Below, piece by piece: positions 12,478-25,667 of a DNA stretch of 64,000 nt (positions within the stretch are counted from its first letter, which is position 1; each line of letters opens with the position of its first letter). The translations under genes and the position numbers were made by a program. The notes under the pieces were generated by a model. That model did not search any database. It saw only the letters and a program-made list of their open reading frames with translations, and had not been told where the DNA came from. The stretch is from Octopus sinensis (Eukaryota): assembly GCF_006345805.1 (NCBI RefSeq), contig NC_042997.1, positions 175,832,001-175,896,000 on the forward strand, given 5' to 3'.

Positions 12478-13054
12478 ATACACACACATTTTCTCTCTCT
12501 CTCTCCTTCTCTCTCTGTATTTCACTGTATTTCGCTCTCAACAACAACTTTTCTCCTGCCCTTTTTATAAAAATATGTTGTGACGTATATTTCTATTCCT
12601 CTCCTTTTTTCCCTCCCTTTAATAGATGTTTAACGGATAGACAGGCATGGATCCGCTTCTCTTTTATAATATAAGATGAGGTGAGGTCAGCATACATAAC
12701 CGTCATCTTACATTATTTAATGACAGTATTACTTTTAAGAAACATAAAAAAAAATTTCTACATGAAAATTTTCCTAGAAAGTTGGCTAAAGCCCTTGATA
12801 AACAAAAGTTTGTGTAGAATCTTGTTGGAGGGACTGTTATTAGAGGATAAACTTATTCTGTCGCCCAGATTTAATACTCCACGATGCCTGTTGGGTGCTT
12901 TTAGCAGATATCACTACGTTCTCTGATTTGTCTGTTGATCCGTAGCAATTTGTAGTTATTTTGTGACTAGTATAAATTAACTGAAATTGAATTGAAAATT
13001 ATAAATCAAGACTAGTTAGTGATTCGTAATAACCATCTTAACATTGCGGATCCA

Positions 13055-14965
13055 GGGATTAACACGTAGAGCACGTAAAATATGTATTCGAAAAAATTAA
13101 GGATGATGGCTTTACTTTTTTTCTGTCTTTCCTCTTTTCTTCTTTTTTTTTCTACTCAAGGCACAAGGCCCGAAATTTTGGGGGATGGAACCAATCGACC
13201 AGATCGACCCCAGTACGTAACTGGTACTGAATTTATCGACCCCGAAAAGGATGAAAGGCAAAGTCGATCTCAGCAGAATTTAAACTCAGAACGTAAAAAC
13301 AGACGAAATACCTATTTCTTTACTACGCACAAAGGGCTAAACACAGATAGGAGAAACAAGGACAGACAAACGGATTAAGTCGGTTATATCGACCCCAGTC
13401 CGTAATTGGTACTTATTTAATCGACCCCGAAAGGATGAAAGGCAAAGTCGACTTCGGCGGAATTTGAACTCAGAACGTAGCGGCAGACGAAGTACCTATT
13501 TCTTTACTATCCACAAGGGGCTAAACACAGAGAGGACAGACAAACGGATTAAGTCGATTATATCGACCCCAGTGCGTAACTGGTACTTATTTAATCGACC
13601 CCGAAAGGATGAAAGGCAAAGTCGACCTCGGCGGAATTTGAACTCAGAACGTAACGGTAGACGAAATACGGCTACGCATTTCGCCCGGCGTGCCAACGTT
13701 TCTGTCAGCTCGCCGCCTTATTACGGCTTTACTTTGAGTGAAGAAAAACGTGAAATTTTCTTACCGAAAATAAGATATTTAGGACAAATCATTGACAGAA
13801 ATGGACGTCGACCAGATCCATCGAGGGCAGACGCAATTAAAAATATGCCCCCTCCAACTAATGTAAGCGACCTTACAAACATTTTTATGACTGGCAAATT
13901 GTTATCAAAATGATATTCCAAATATGCATAAGGGGAGGGTTCCACTGAATAACCTGCTGAAAAAAGATATGAAATGGAATTGGTTGGAAAATTATCAAAA
14001 GGCATTTCACGAAACAAAAAAATTAATTAATATCTGATTTGTCGTTAGCACATTTCGATTCTGAAGTGGAGATTGTTGTAGCTTCAGACGCTTCTGAGTA
14101 TGGTATAGGAGCAGTAATGCTACATAAATATAAAGATGGTAACATGAAGGCAGTGGTTCATGCCTCACGTTCTCTGATAGCAGCAGAGAAAACTATAGTC
14201 AAATCGAAAAAGAAGCTCTGTCAATTATTTTTTCCGTGAAAAAATTTCACACATTTTTACACGGTAGACGTTTTCGTCTGCAGACTGATCGCCGTCCATT
14301 ATTATCAATATTTGGGTCAAGAAAAGGAATTCCTATCCATACTGCTAATAGGTTACAACGCTAGGGTACGATATTATTAAACAATGATTTCAAGATGGAG
14401 TATATACCATTCAAGAAAGTAAGTCATGCGGATTTTCTATCAAGCCTGATTTCGAAAACTGTGGAATCATTTGAAGATACCGTGATTACCGCTTTGCGAG
14501 CGGAAAATGAAATTTAAAATGTTTTGTGTAACGTCATTCGTGAATGACTAGTTACTTTACAAGTCATAAAATTGAAATCGAAAAAATATAAATTTATTAT
14601 AAAAATGATAGAAATACTGAAGGATAAAAGCGATAAAAATATACGTAACACAAATGCGAACCATTTCTCACTGTGTGACAATGTGTTGATGTATGCACAA
14701 AGAGTCGTAGTTCCAGCTACACTACAAAATCGATTATCAAAGGAATTTCATATGTGTCACCCAGAGATGTCGAGAATGAGATCATTAATGAGAAGTTACG
14801 TATATTGGCCAACAATAGACTGTGACATTGCAGAATCGGCGAATTCATGTAGCGGGCGTGCCTTAGCTGCAAAATCACCAACCATTAAATGGCAACTGTA
14901 ATCAAAAACATATGTTCTATGGGCCAGACGGCCTATTGATTACGCAGGTCCACTCGAGAGACCAC
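13055..14965 (+). pseudogene. Decayed Ty3/Gypsy pol (RT, RNase H, integrase Zn-binding region)
   Basis: HVKYVFEKIK..GFTLSEEK..IRYLGQII; VVASDASEYGIGAV; AAEK.YSQIEKEAL; EFHMCHPEMSRMRSLMRSYVYWP; IDYAGP. Possible LTR end/PBS near 13043. Confidence 0.9.
13145..13719 (-). mobile_element. tRNA-derived SINE (Nin/Deu-domain-like), three tandem bodies
   Basis: Three copies of ATCGACCCCGAAAGGATGAAAGGCAAAGTCGAC; flanking duplication GGCTTTACTT within Gypsy RT. Confidence 0.85.
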
Positions 14966-15960
14966 GTTCGGTCATAATATTATGAGTAATTCACGACAAC
15001 ACAATCAACAGGGTTGTCTATTTTCCATAAATGGGAAAGAATGGACCAGGACGGCTATAGGTTATGCCCTCAGCCCTAGCATGGTGTGTGCAGGTAGCAA
15101 TGGAGGAAGATTGTTTTCTGGTACTATAAGGGAAAGAGCTCAGATGTTCAAGATAACGGCGCTTAAAATCAATCGTGTCACCAATGTAAACCCTGGCAAA
15201 GTTGGTCCGTGGGGTGGTGACGTTACATTCATACACAGCACTATAGCGCTCGAAGGGCAATTAGTAGGGTCCGAGTAATTGTTAAAGCTGTGGGTAGCCT
15301 GGTCAAGGATCTTACTATTACTATTAATACAGTTATAGGGTATATCCGGGCGAGAATTCTCAGAGTTCCTGAGTTGAGATTCGCGTTTACTTCTATTCCA
15401 AGTTGCAATAATTAACTCCATGTTTGGTGTGGTGGAAATGGGAGAGTTTTATAGGAGATTCATTAAAGACGAAGTGGTAATTATGTTGGGATGAGAAGTT
15501 GAAATTGAGGTGAGAACCATAAAACCTCTCGTTTTCTACTCTTCGTATTGTGAGTGCCAGGCGTAGGGTTAATTAGCATGAGGCGACCGTGACTTATGCC
15601 TTCTCTGGTTCGGCTGAGCAACATAGGAGGAACTCTAACAGCAACAGTGGACTATATGGTATCCCTATAATCCACTACTAACAGAAGTAGTGGACTATAT
15701 GGTGTTAGAGCTAGAAATAGAGTTAAGTTTAGAAGGAGCACTATCATTATGAGGGGTTGATAGTTCTAATTTGATCTTTATTATAGTGTTGGGGATATAG
15801 GAAACCTAAGAATATCTGCCATGAGGTGGGCCTAGTTGTAGTGGGGAGCATGAGTGTTAAAAATGTTTTCATTAACAGTGAGGTTGTAGATTCTAATGGA
15901 AATGCCTTTGATAATGCTATTTAAAATGGATTTAGGGAGATTATATTAACGTCCAATCTG
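14965..15960 (-). mobile_element. Penelope-like element (RT thumb plus GIY-YIG endonuclease), decayed
   Basis: NLPKSILNSIIKGISIRIYNLTVNENIFNTHAPHYN (~15830-15945); AVYECNVTT...VYIGDTIDFKRRYLEH (15018-15260); terminal C.LC..E motif. Confidence 0.9.
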
Positions 15961-16073
15961 CAATATATTAATATTTTCAAGCATTTTCCTATTTAGCATA
16001 GTCCTTTAATTCACTGGCTAAAAATAGTTATGAAATATATATCTTTTCTAAAACTACAGGAAGCAGGCAACAT

Positions 16074-16117
16074 GACTTCAGAAGATGGTCCCAACTAAGA
16101 CTGAAACCGATCAAGTT
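16074..16117 (+). ncRNA. Degenerate minimal hammerhead ribozyme in inverted Penelope pLTR
   Basis: GACTT-CAGAAGA-T-GGTC..GACT-GAAA-CCGA-TC-AAGTT; core has a U>A change and stem III is imperfect. Confidence 0.6.
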
Positions 16118-16471
16118 AGTTCCATTTTGTTTTCTTACTGCATAAAAATGAGTTGGCTGATGTGATTATTTAATCAACTGCGCATTACTTTCGTCAGCAT
16201 ACTTGTTCTGTTGATAAGTATTAAGTCAACATTTTCTTTACATGAATACAAACTTCTCTTGACTCACTCCCCTGTTTGACAAGATATTCATTTTAACTAG
16301 TTAAGGCTAAAATTCCTAATTTAGCCACGACTCCAATATCCAACTATATTATCAACTACAACAATGTTTGAGTTGGGACTTCTGCTAGTATGTTTTGTCA
16401 CCACCTCCTCTCCCTTATACACACACACACACACACAAATACACGCACAATGACTCAAGCATAGAGCACTT

Positions 16472-16889
16472 GGATCTTTTCGGTTTGAACGGCAGTTTTT
16501 TCTAGCGGTGTCATATGAAATTGTCACCCATAATTATGACCCTAGTATCGATCTATTGCATTTCAATCTGTTTTAGGGTTAGGGTTAGGGGTGGGGGAAG
16601 GGTATCTTTTTTTCTTCACAAATGTAAATAAACCCAATCTGTTTCTTAAACGAGGGACATATTCATACGGCACAGAATGTTTTTTTTTACCTCAATGGAC
16701 GTCAGTGATTGGTTGAAATTGCAGAAATTGAAGAAAAAAACAACAAATATCTTACAAACCATAGAATGTTCTCAATAAAGCCAAGAGAAAAAGATGTTTT
16801 ATAAACACATTCTACCAGTATACGAAGTTTAAAATTTTTTAGTTACCTAGAAATTATGTTAAGAACTGCCGTTCAAACCGAAAAGATCC
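16472..16889. mobile_element. Merlin-like MITE (family A)
   Basis: Same TIRs and body as 10125; TTAGGG repeats; no TSD visible. Confidence 0.85.
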
Positions 16890-16904
16890 CATACGGGGTT
16901 TGTC

Positions 16905-16936
<32 letters not shown>

Positions 16937-18009
16937 TAATTGAGAGTGCAGTAATCTACAAATGAGAAAGAAATGGATGTCAAAAACAAAGTACTGTTGA
17001 AGTGTGTGTGTGTGTGTGTGTGACTACACTTTCATAAATATCCTACATCATCTGGCGTTGACTGAGGTTTGCGATTGATTTATAGCAATATACATGTAGA
17101 TTTTCATTCGTTGACTTGTTAAAGAAATTATGTTGGATTTCACAAGACAGAAATTATATGGCCGTTTCTATGGTTAGGTAAAGCAAATACATTGATTGAC
17201 AATAAAGGGCTTGATGATTTATGTCTATCTTATTCGTGCTTGTAACTTAACACTTTTAACAGCTGCTGCTCAGTATTATCACTGTTTTGTTTTTGTGTTT
17301 TTTAAAATTAATGTATGTGATTTAAATAATGTCTAATACATAAACATTATTGTCGACGAGCCAATGTGGGCGCCTTTACATGATCGTTCACCTTGCTAAA
17401 AATTACATATCGTTGCCTTGAAAAACTAAAAAAGAAAGATACAATAGATCCAATATATTTGAGGGGAAAAAGAAAAGAAAAGGGGATGCATTGCTGTAAG
17501 ACTTTTGATTACGACAGCAAGGCAACAATGGAGATTTTTATGTAGTCGCTTACGTTTCCAGAAATAGCCACATTGCCTTAAGAAATGTCAGAACGAAAAT
17601 GTGATAGTCACGGCTGGAACAACTTGTTCATTGGAGTGTTCGATCAGAGCTGATACAGGACTAGCAAATAACAACATTATGGACAAAAGAGAGAGAACCA
17701 AAATACCGATACGAATATTCGTGAAATTGTGAACATGTTCCTTAATCCGTTTCAGTTTACTCGTTTAAACCAATTCACTTCTAAGGAAGACAAACATCTC
17801 TAAATCTCTTCCCTTCTTGGTCAAAAGAAAAATGTCAACCTGCTGGATTCAGGTCATATATTACAACCATAAAATAAGAAAGGGTCTCTGGATAATTGTT
17901 TCAAGTTTTGGCAGAAGGCCAGCAACTATAAAGGAAGGAGGTTATCGATTATGTAGGCGCATTACCCACCTTGGCAGCGGGTAAACAAGCTGGCTATACA
18001 GATATAGAG

Positions 18010-18320
18010 GGCTTTACACAACATAAAGGTTCAGACACGTGTCATAAATAACAGTGACAAACGAAATATACACCGCCGATAGTTGTTGTTGACAAACAAC
18101 AGCAGTAATTTTATTCAGCTGAATACACGTCATTGATTGGTTGAAATTACCGAAATACGACAACTTTAACACGAAATAACTTCGTAAATAGAAACTTTTC
18201 TCCACAACGCTAAGAGTAAAAAATGTTTTATATGACACATTCTTCCAGTGTCCGAAGTTTGAAAGTGTTTAGTTACAAAAAAATGAAATTCTCGATCTGC
18301 CGTTCAAAGTGAAAAGATCT
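18010..18320. mobile_element. Diverged one-ended relative of MITE family A
   Basis: CGTCATTGATTGGTTGAAATT and CTGCCGTTCAAAGTGAAAAGATC end. Confidence 0.65.
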
Positions 18321-19149
18321 TGTGTTCCTTATGTATAAACCAAACTTCGGAAATTCTACCATGTCATTATTCTAAATTTCTTGATCAAGTTAATTCAGTT
18401 GGGAATGTAAACGAGAAGAAAATTCCCGAGGAATGAAATTTTGGGAGAAAGGATTGACATGCTCAGTATAGTGCATGTGGAAGCAAGATAGGCCAATATA
18501 AGAGAATTTCAATATGCTTACAATAATTCTTCTAATTTTGACACAAGGCCAGCAATTTTGAGAAAAGGCACAAGTCGGTTACATTGACCCCAGTACTTGA
18601 CTAGTACTTTATTTTATCGACCCCGAAAGGATAAAATGTAAAGCTGGAAGAAATGCCGCTAAGTATTATGTCCGACAAACTAACGATTTTGCCAGCTTGC
18701 CGTCTTTAATATATATAATCTGAATGCTAGTATATTTGATGTTATAAACCAAAAAAAAAAAAAAAATAGTTAATCAAAATGACATCCTTAGTGGTGAGAA
18801 GAATTTTTTATCTAAATTATAAAATTTAGTTTTAAAAAAAGGAGAAGAGACAACCACGAAAATTCAATGTTAATTAGATATTGATAGTAACGAGGAGTGA
18901 ATCTGATAACAAACAGTACGATGACAGCTTTAAGTATACATATGTTTTGTATAGAGATAAATGTAGGGATTCCTATTCATACATAATTAGTCTTACTGTG
19001 GAATTAAGTACACACAGCTCGGGATGAGGGTCGAACCGGCCTATTCCATTGTTATTTAACAGTCCATCAGAATTCACTCATCTCTCCTCAAACCGCCGAT
19101 GAGTGAGAGACTAAAAGCCACTTTTTAAAATGTAAACGAAAAACGTGAA

Positions 19150-19440
19150 TGTGCATGGTTCAGTGGTTAGAGCGTCGAGCTCACAAGCATGAAGTAGTGA
19201 GTTCGATTCCCGGACCGGGCTGTGTGTTGTGCTCTTGAGCAATACACTTTCTTTCACCTTGCTCCAGTTCACTCAGCTCTAGAAATGAGTTGCGAAGCTG
19301 TGTCGGCTTTTGCCTTTTCCTTGGATAACATCGGTGGCATGGAGAGGCGAGGCTGGTATACATGGGCGACTGCTGGCCTCCCATATACAATCTTGCTCGG
19401 ACTTGTGCCTCCGAGGGGAACCTTCTAGGTGCAATCTACC
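19150..19440 (+). mobile_element. tRNA-derived SINE (Meta-domain-like)
   Basis: TGGTTCAGTGGTTAGAGCG A box, GAGTTCGATTCCC B box, CTTGAGCAATACACTTT core. Confidence 0.8.
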
Positions 19441-19839
19441 ACCGATATAATTACCACTAACGTGGCTTATGACATAATCTACGGACTCCAGTCAGACTAA
19501 ATATGTATGGGTGTGCTACCAAATAGTTAAAACGTCAGATTAAGTAACATTACTGAATTTGTTCCGGCTCTTTGTACTCCGAGTTCAAATTCCAACGAAA
19601 TTACACAATACTATTTAAATCGATAAGATAGGATGGGCGCAGCTGGGCTGCTTTGACTGTAAGTCCGTTTGATAAAAGATGAGTCAGAGTTCTTTACCGT
19701 CCCTGTGGGCCCCCTATCGAAATATTATTCTACAAACATTCAAACTAATTTAACTCACACCAATATATTTATTGCTTGTCTTCCCAGACAAGCATATTAA
19801 GAAATTTAGATTCTCTGGTTAAAACGGTTTAAACAAGTA

Positions 19840-20076
19840 TTTATTTCTTTACTATCCACAAGGGGCTAAATACAGAGAGGACAAACAAGGACAGACAAAC
19901 AGATTAAGTCGATTATATCGACCCTCCAGTGCGTAACTGGCACTTATTTAATTGACCCCGAAAGGTAGAAAGGCAAAGTCGACTTCGGCGGGATTTGAAC
20001 TCAGAACGTAACGGCAGACGAAATACGGCTACGCATTTCGCCAGGCGTGCTAACGTTTCTGCCAGCTAGCCGCCTT
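19840..20076 (-). mobile_element. Nin/Deu-like SINE with ~22-bp TSD
   Basis: TTAAAACGGTTTAAACAAGTAT on both flanks. Confidence 0.85.
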
Positions 20077-20588
20077 AAAAACGGTTTAAACAAGTATCTT
20101 TAGAGCCATCTGTTACCCGTGGACGAGTATAGCTTGGCAGCATGAACCATTGTAGCAAGAGCTAGAATCGAACTTAACATATTTCAGTTACCAAGTCGAT
20201 GACATGAGTTGATCATGCACACACTATGCGTTATTCTAATTATCAGCAAGTCAGCTTGCAGCCATGTCATGGACATCATCTCAAATGTCCTTGAGATTCG
20301 CGCAAGAATCTTCATAGGAATTGAGAGAACTATAGAAAAAAGGCACCTCACCGCTTGCCAAGCAAACTACAACAATGCAGAGATATATGAGAGTCACCAG
20401 AGAACACACACCTTATTTCTTGCCCAGCAACATCAAGTTTTACTTAGTTGAATTCAGCTAGAAATAAAAAGGAATTCTTCATATTTGCAAACCAACTTTT
20501 CGCAATATTTCGAGTTAATTAGTCATTACCATGCTCTATTTCTAATCACCACATTGTCTACCAGAAGTTCATATTTAATTGTTCTCTT

Positions 20589-20810
20589 TAAGGCGGCGAG
20601 CTGGCAGAAACGTTAGCGCGCTGGGCGAAATGTTTAGCAGTATTTCGTCTGAATTCAAATTCCGCCGAGGTCGACTTTGCCTTTCATCCTTTCGGGGTCG
20701 ATAAATTAAGTACCAGATACGCACTGGAGTCGATATAATCGACTTAATCCGTTTGTCTGTCTTTGTTTGTCCCCTCTGTGTTTAGCCCCTTGTGGGTAGT
20801 AAAGAAATAT
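20589..20810 (+). mobile_element. Nin/Deu-like SINE
   Basis: AAGGCGGCGAGCTGGCAG head; TSD ATATTTAATTGTTCTCTT. Confidence 0.85.
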
Positions 20811-21243
20811 ATTTAATTGTTCTCTTGTTCAATAAATCATACAGTAAAAAAATATAATTACGTTCGCGCCTGTTCATTATCCTTTTAACATGCAGCCTAG
20901 CTTACCACAAAAAGTACCAGCATATACCAGTGCGACATCATGCTTTCGCTTATTGTTTTCGGCGCCTGTGTAGTCGCAAGCAGACAGTGATACTCTCTCC
21001 AACTCTTTAACCCAACAGCACATTCAGAATGTTACGGCTGGGATGAGGGAGAGCACTACATCTGTACTCAACTGGTACACAGTTTTTGCTTAGTTAACTG
21101 GAACAACGTAAGATAAAATGTCTCACATAAGGACACATCGCGCCACCCAGTCCGAGAAGCGAACCTATAACATAATCGTGAGCTGACCACTCCTAGTCAT
21201 CAGTCTAGTGTAGTTTAGTGAAGTCTTTCTTATTACTGATTTC

Positions 21244-21661
21244 GGATCTTTTCGGTTTGAACAGCAGATTTTCTAGCGGTGTCATATGAAATTGTCACCC
21301 ATTATTATGACCCTAGTTTCGATCTATTGCATTTCACTTTATTTTAGGGTTAGGGTTAGGGGTGGGGGGAAGGGTATATTTTTTTCTTCACAAATGTAAA
21401 TAAACCCAATCTGTTTTTTAAACGAGGGACATATTCATACGGCACAGAATGTTTTCACCTCAATAGACGTCATTGATTGGTTGAAATTGCAGAAATTGAA
21501 GAAAAAAGCAACAACAAATATCTTACAAACTATAGAATTTTCTCAATAAAGCCAAGAGAAAAAGATGTTTTATAAACACATTCTACCAGTATACGAAGTT
21601 TAAAAGTGTTTAGTTACTTGGGAATTATTTTAAAAAACTGCCGTTCAAACCGAAAAGATCC
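21244..21661. mobile_element. Merlin-like MITE (family A)
   Basis: TIRs; perfect 8-bp TSD CTGATTTC. Confidence 0.9.
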
Positions 21662-21831
21662 CTGATTTCACATTCTTACATACATAAAATACCGAACTTT
21701 TCCAGGGTGAGTACGATATTATTTGTCAAGGTAATTTCTATCAATAAGAGCAAGCCCATAATGAATTTTAAGACTAAGAAATATATGACTTTCCCATTCT
21801 GTCATTTAGACCCATCCCAATAAAACAGGTG

Positions 21832-22247
21832 GGATCTTTTCGGTTTGAACGGCAGATTTTAACATAATCTAGGTAACTAAAAAATTTAAAACTTCGTTTA
21901 CTGGCAGAATGTGTTTATAAAACAGCTTTTTCTCTTGGCTTTATTGAGAAAATTCTATAGTTTGTAAGATAGTTGTTGTTTTTTACTTCAATTTCTGCAA
22001 TTTCAACCAATCAATGACGTGTATTAAGGTAAAAAAAAACATTCTGTGCCATATGAATATGTCCCTCGTTTAAGAAACAGATTGGGTTTATTTACATTTG
22101 TGAAGAAAAAAGATACCCTTCCCCCCACCCCTAACCCTAACCCTAAAACAGATTGAAATGCAATAGATCGATACTAGGGTCATAATTATGGGTGACAATT
22201 TCATATGACACCGCTAGAAAAAACTGCCGTTCAAACCGAAAAGATCC
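21832..22247. mobile_element. Merlin-like MITE (family A)
   Basis: TIRs; perfect 8-bp TSD AACAGGTG. Confidence 0.9.
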
Positions 22248-22869
22248 AACAGGTGTTATGCCTATGTAAAATTTTTTTAAATCAAATACGCATTAGCAAG
22301 GAGAGAATAACAAGTTAGTAATGGATTGAAGTAAGAGTCCAAGAGAACAGACTGCCAAAGTAAAAGAGAAAGATAATAAAAATTGCTAATGCACGATAAA
22401 TTTCTGTAGTAAATGGTTGGATAATCCCGAAAGGGTGGTTTACGAAATTTTAACGTCCAGACAGTATGGGAAAATTGTAGAATAAACAATATACCAAGAT
22501 CAAAATCTCAATGTGAAGTTTCCTTAAAGTTTTTCAGTTCATTATCGTAGATTTTGAACCATTTCTGCCTCTGAGCCCAATCTTTGATAAGAAGGTAATA
22601 TAATCAAATAAACTAATCAAGTTATAATGACTGAAATTGTAAGCTCCGAGCCAAATACTTTTAATTCCAATTATGTAGATTTTAATGCATTGATTTAATT
22701 GAAGATTAAAATTTAAAAAAAATAAAAAAAATTCAGAATGCTATGAAGAAAATTGATGCTGTTCATTGTTTGTTTTATAAAATATTATTTCTCAAACTTC
22801 AATATTTTATATCAGATTTAGACCACAATCTTTGGATGTCAATATTAATAATAATGATGATGATGCTTC

Positions 22870-23910
22870 AAATTCTGGCACATGGCCAGCAATTTCGAGG
22901 GAGGAGGTAAGTCCATTACATCGACCCTACTGCTCAGCTAGTACTTGATTTATCGACCCCGAAAGGATAAAAGGTAAAGTTGAACTCGGCGGAATCTGAA
23001 CTCAGAACATGAAGTCGCTAAGCATTTTGGTCCAGTGCGGTAACAATTCTGCCAGCTTGCTACTTTAATAATAGTTTCTACTATAGGCACAAGGCCTGAA
23101 ATTTGGGGAAGGGGACTAGACCATTTAATCGACTCCAGTGTTTCACTGGTACTTAATTTATCAACTCCGAAAGGATAAAAGGCAAAGTTGATCTCGGTAG
23201 AGTTAGAAATCAGAACATAGTGGCAGACGAAATACATATTTCTTTACTACCCACAAGGGGATAAACACAGGGAGGACAAACAAGGATAGGCAAACGGATT
23301 AAGTCGATTATATCGACCCCAGTGCGTAACTGGTACTGAATTTATCGAACCCGGAAAGATAACAGGCAAAGTCGACCGCAGTGGAATTTGAACTTAGAAT
23401 GTAAAGACAGACGAAATACCTATTTCTTTACAACCCACAAGGGGTTAAACACAGAGAGGACAAACAAGGACAGACAAACGGATTAAGTCGATTACATCGA
23501 CCCCAGTGCGTAACTGGTACTTATTTAATCGACCCCGAAAGGATGAAAGGCAAAGTTGACCTCAGCGGAATTTGAACTGAGAACGTAGCGGCAGACGAAA
23601 TAGCGCTAAGCATTTCGCCCGGCATGCTAACGATTCTGCCAGCTCGCCGCCATTCGCTGCCTTAATAATCCTTTCTACTAAAGGCACCAGGCCTGAAATT
23701 TTGGGGGAGAGGACTAGTTGATTACATTGACCCCAGTGTTTCACTAGTACTTAATTTATTGACCCCGAAAGGATGAAAGGCAAAGTCGACCTTGGCGGAA
23801 TTTGAACTCAGAACGTAGCAACGGGCGAAATGCCGCTAAGCATTTCGTCCAGCGGGCTAACAATTCATCCAGCATGATAGCAATTATGTTAGCTCACCGC
23901 CTTATTCGCT
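22870..23910 (-). mobile_element. Cluster of about five head-to-tail Nin/Deu-like SINE units
   Basis: Repeated ATCGACCCCGAAAGGAT.AAAGG cores at ~22950, 23160, 23345, 23530 and 23760. Confidence 0.85.
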
Positions 23911-24037
23911 GCCTTAATAATAATAATAGTAATAAGATGAAAAAGAAGAATGACTTTTGATTGAGACACAAAATCAACAATTTTGTTGGTGTGTACTAGT
24001 CGATACCATTGCCCCCTATACTTGAAAGGTATAGCTT

Positions 24038-25146
24038 TGTTAAGCTACACGCAAACAGACTAGTAGAGAGGAGAATACATAATAAGGTTTATTACTTTAC
24101 GTACATTGTCAGTTATTTCTGCTTAGTTCATTTTGTAGCGAAGACACTTAAGGGAAAATTCTCTCTCTCTCTGTTATATATAACATAAAAACGGACGTAG
24201 TAGATAACAGCTAGCCTTCGGCCACTTAGACCCTGTTGTGTCCACTACTCTAATTGGTTGATATTGGCGCAGTTTGTCTCTTGCTCTATTGCGCGCCAGT
24301 ATGCAACCCAACCAGTCGCAACCTTTTGATAAGATCCCGTGACACAGTCTCTTCCAAACATTCCAGTGAGCCTATAGTTCACTATAAAAAGCTAGTTTCA
24401 ACACCGTATTTCATCTTTTGGTTCTAGACCTTCTAAGGTCTAACCACTGACCACAGAGCACACAACCAGTTCCAGCGACAACCACACCAGCAGCTCACAT
24501 GGAGACTCAACTTCGTCCAATAGCATCAGGACCTCCATCTCTGTCGCCTCCGTCTTAATGTCAACAACATCTCTTTACGTACACAGCAACACCAGCATCT
24601 CGCTAGGTACTATCTCCTCACTGTTTGTGAATTACTTCACTTTGGTAAACAGCAATACAACCTGCGAGAACTTCTTGTATCAAGTGAACATTCTTCTAGC
24701 GTCCTATTGTAGACTCTTTCAATGCTCTGTATTTTATTCCACACGCATACACCCTTGTTTTTACACACATACACATTATGTATACATGACGGCCTGTCTA
24801 TTGTTATTATTATATATGCAAAAATGACGCACACACAGACACACACATGTTAACACCTAAATAAAATCTTCTCTTAAACCTTCTATCGGTTGTGTCTTTC
24901 TTTTCCTTCTGGCACTCATACTCATTCATACTTTTCGCTTTTATTGTAAGCGGCCATGCAGTGTATTAAAGGAGTTATTCATTCGTCACCTCTCCTGCGC
25001 ACGGTCGTTCTCACACTCACTGTTGACATTCTTTTGTTTTCCTTCCCTTACTGGAAGTCCCTTTTCTTTTGCTGCTGACCAATTTCTTAGCTAACCTGCA
25101 ACGAAGTTTCTGTCTACAGTTCATCTGTCACGAATCCTGCCCTACA
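24038..25146 (+). mobile_element. Putative solo LTR (~1.1 kb)
   Basis: TGT...ACA ends; TAGCTT on both flanks; CCAAT-like region, TATAAAA at ~24383, AATAAA at ~24860; partial copies at 27751 and 41068. Confidence 0.65.
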
Positions 25147-25199
25147 TAGCTTCCCGCCTCCAGAATTGTTGACTGTCATTGGAAACGGGAAGGCGTTTT

Positions 25200-25667
25200 A
25201 ACTGACGTGTGGTTACTCGATTCTTTGGTGACTGTTAAAGGTTGGCTCCGCTTTCCGTGACGGAGGTCCCTTTCCGACGCCGGGATCACGCTGACTTCTG
25301 CTCCTGTGTCGATTAGGAACCTGCGTCCGGAGTTGCGATCGTGGACATAGAGGAGCATTTGGTCATGTCTGCCGGCCACCAGGCCATTCGATGGTAGCCG
25401 GCCCTGGAGTTTCCCTGGGTCACTGGTGAAGGGGTCCCAAAGCTACATGGTTGTTTGCACTTTGTCGCCTTTTTCCCGAACTTTGCATGGTAGAAGCACA
25501 GGTCATCATGCTTAACCCTACCCCGTTTTGGAGCCGACCCTATGGCGTTGACCATGACATCACTGGATAAAAATTGTTTGTCAGCTGCCTTTGCTAATTG
25601 CCGCAGGTCCTTGATTTCGGTCTGAGTTATGAGGGCCTGGACCTGGGGTGGCAGCTTGCAGAGGAAG
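25200..25667 (-). pseudogene. Gypsy gag C-terminus / aspartic protease fragment
   Basis: LCFYHAKFGKKATKCKQPCSF..GN followed by LLYVHDRNSGRRFLIDTGAEVSVIP in a shifted frame. Confidence 0.9.

Larger units (their letters stand above)
11442..12676 (-). mobile_element. Non-autonomous Helitron
   Basis: Minus-strand 5' A|TCTTATATTATAAAAG; 3' hairpin CCCGAGCAACGCCGGG followed by CTTG|T (degenerate CTAG). Confidence 0.75.

Noticed and set aside
19150-19225. tRNA gene
   Set aside because: A and B boxes are present but there is no acceptor stem; continues into a SINE body
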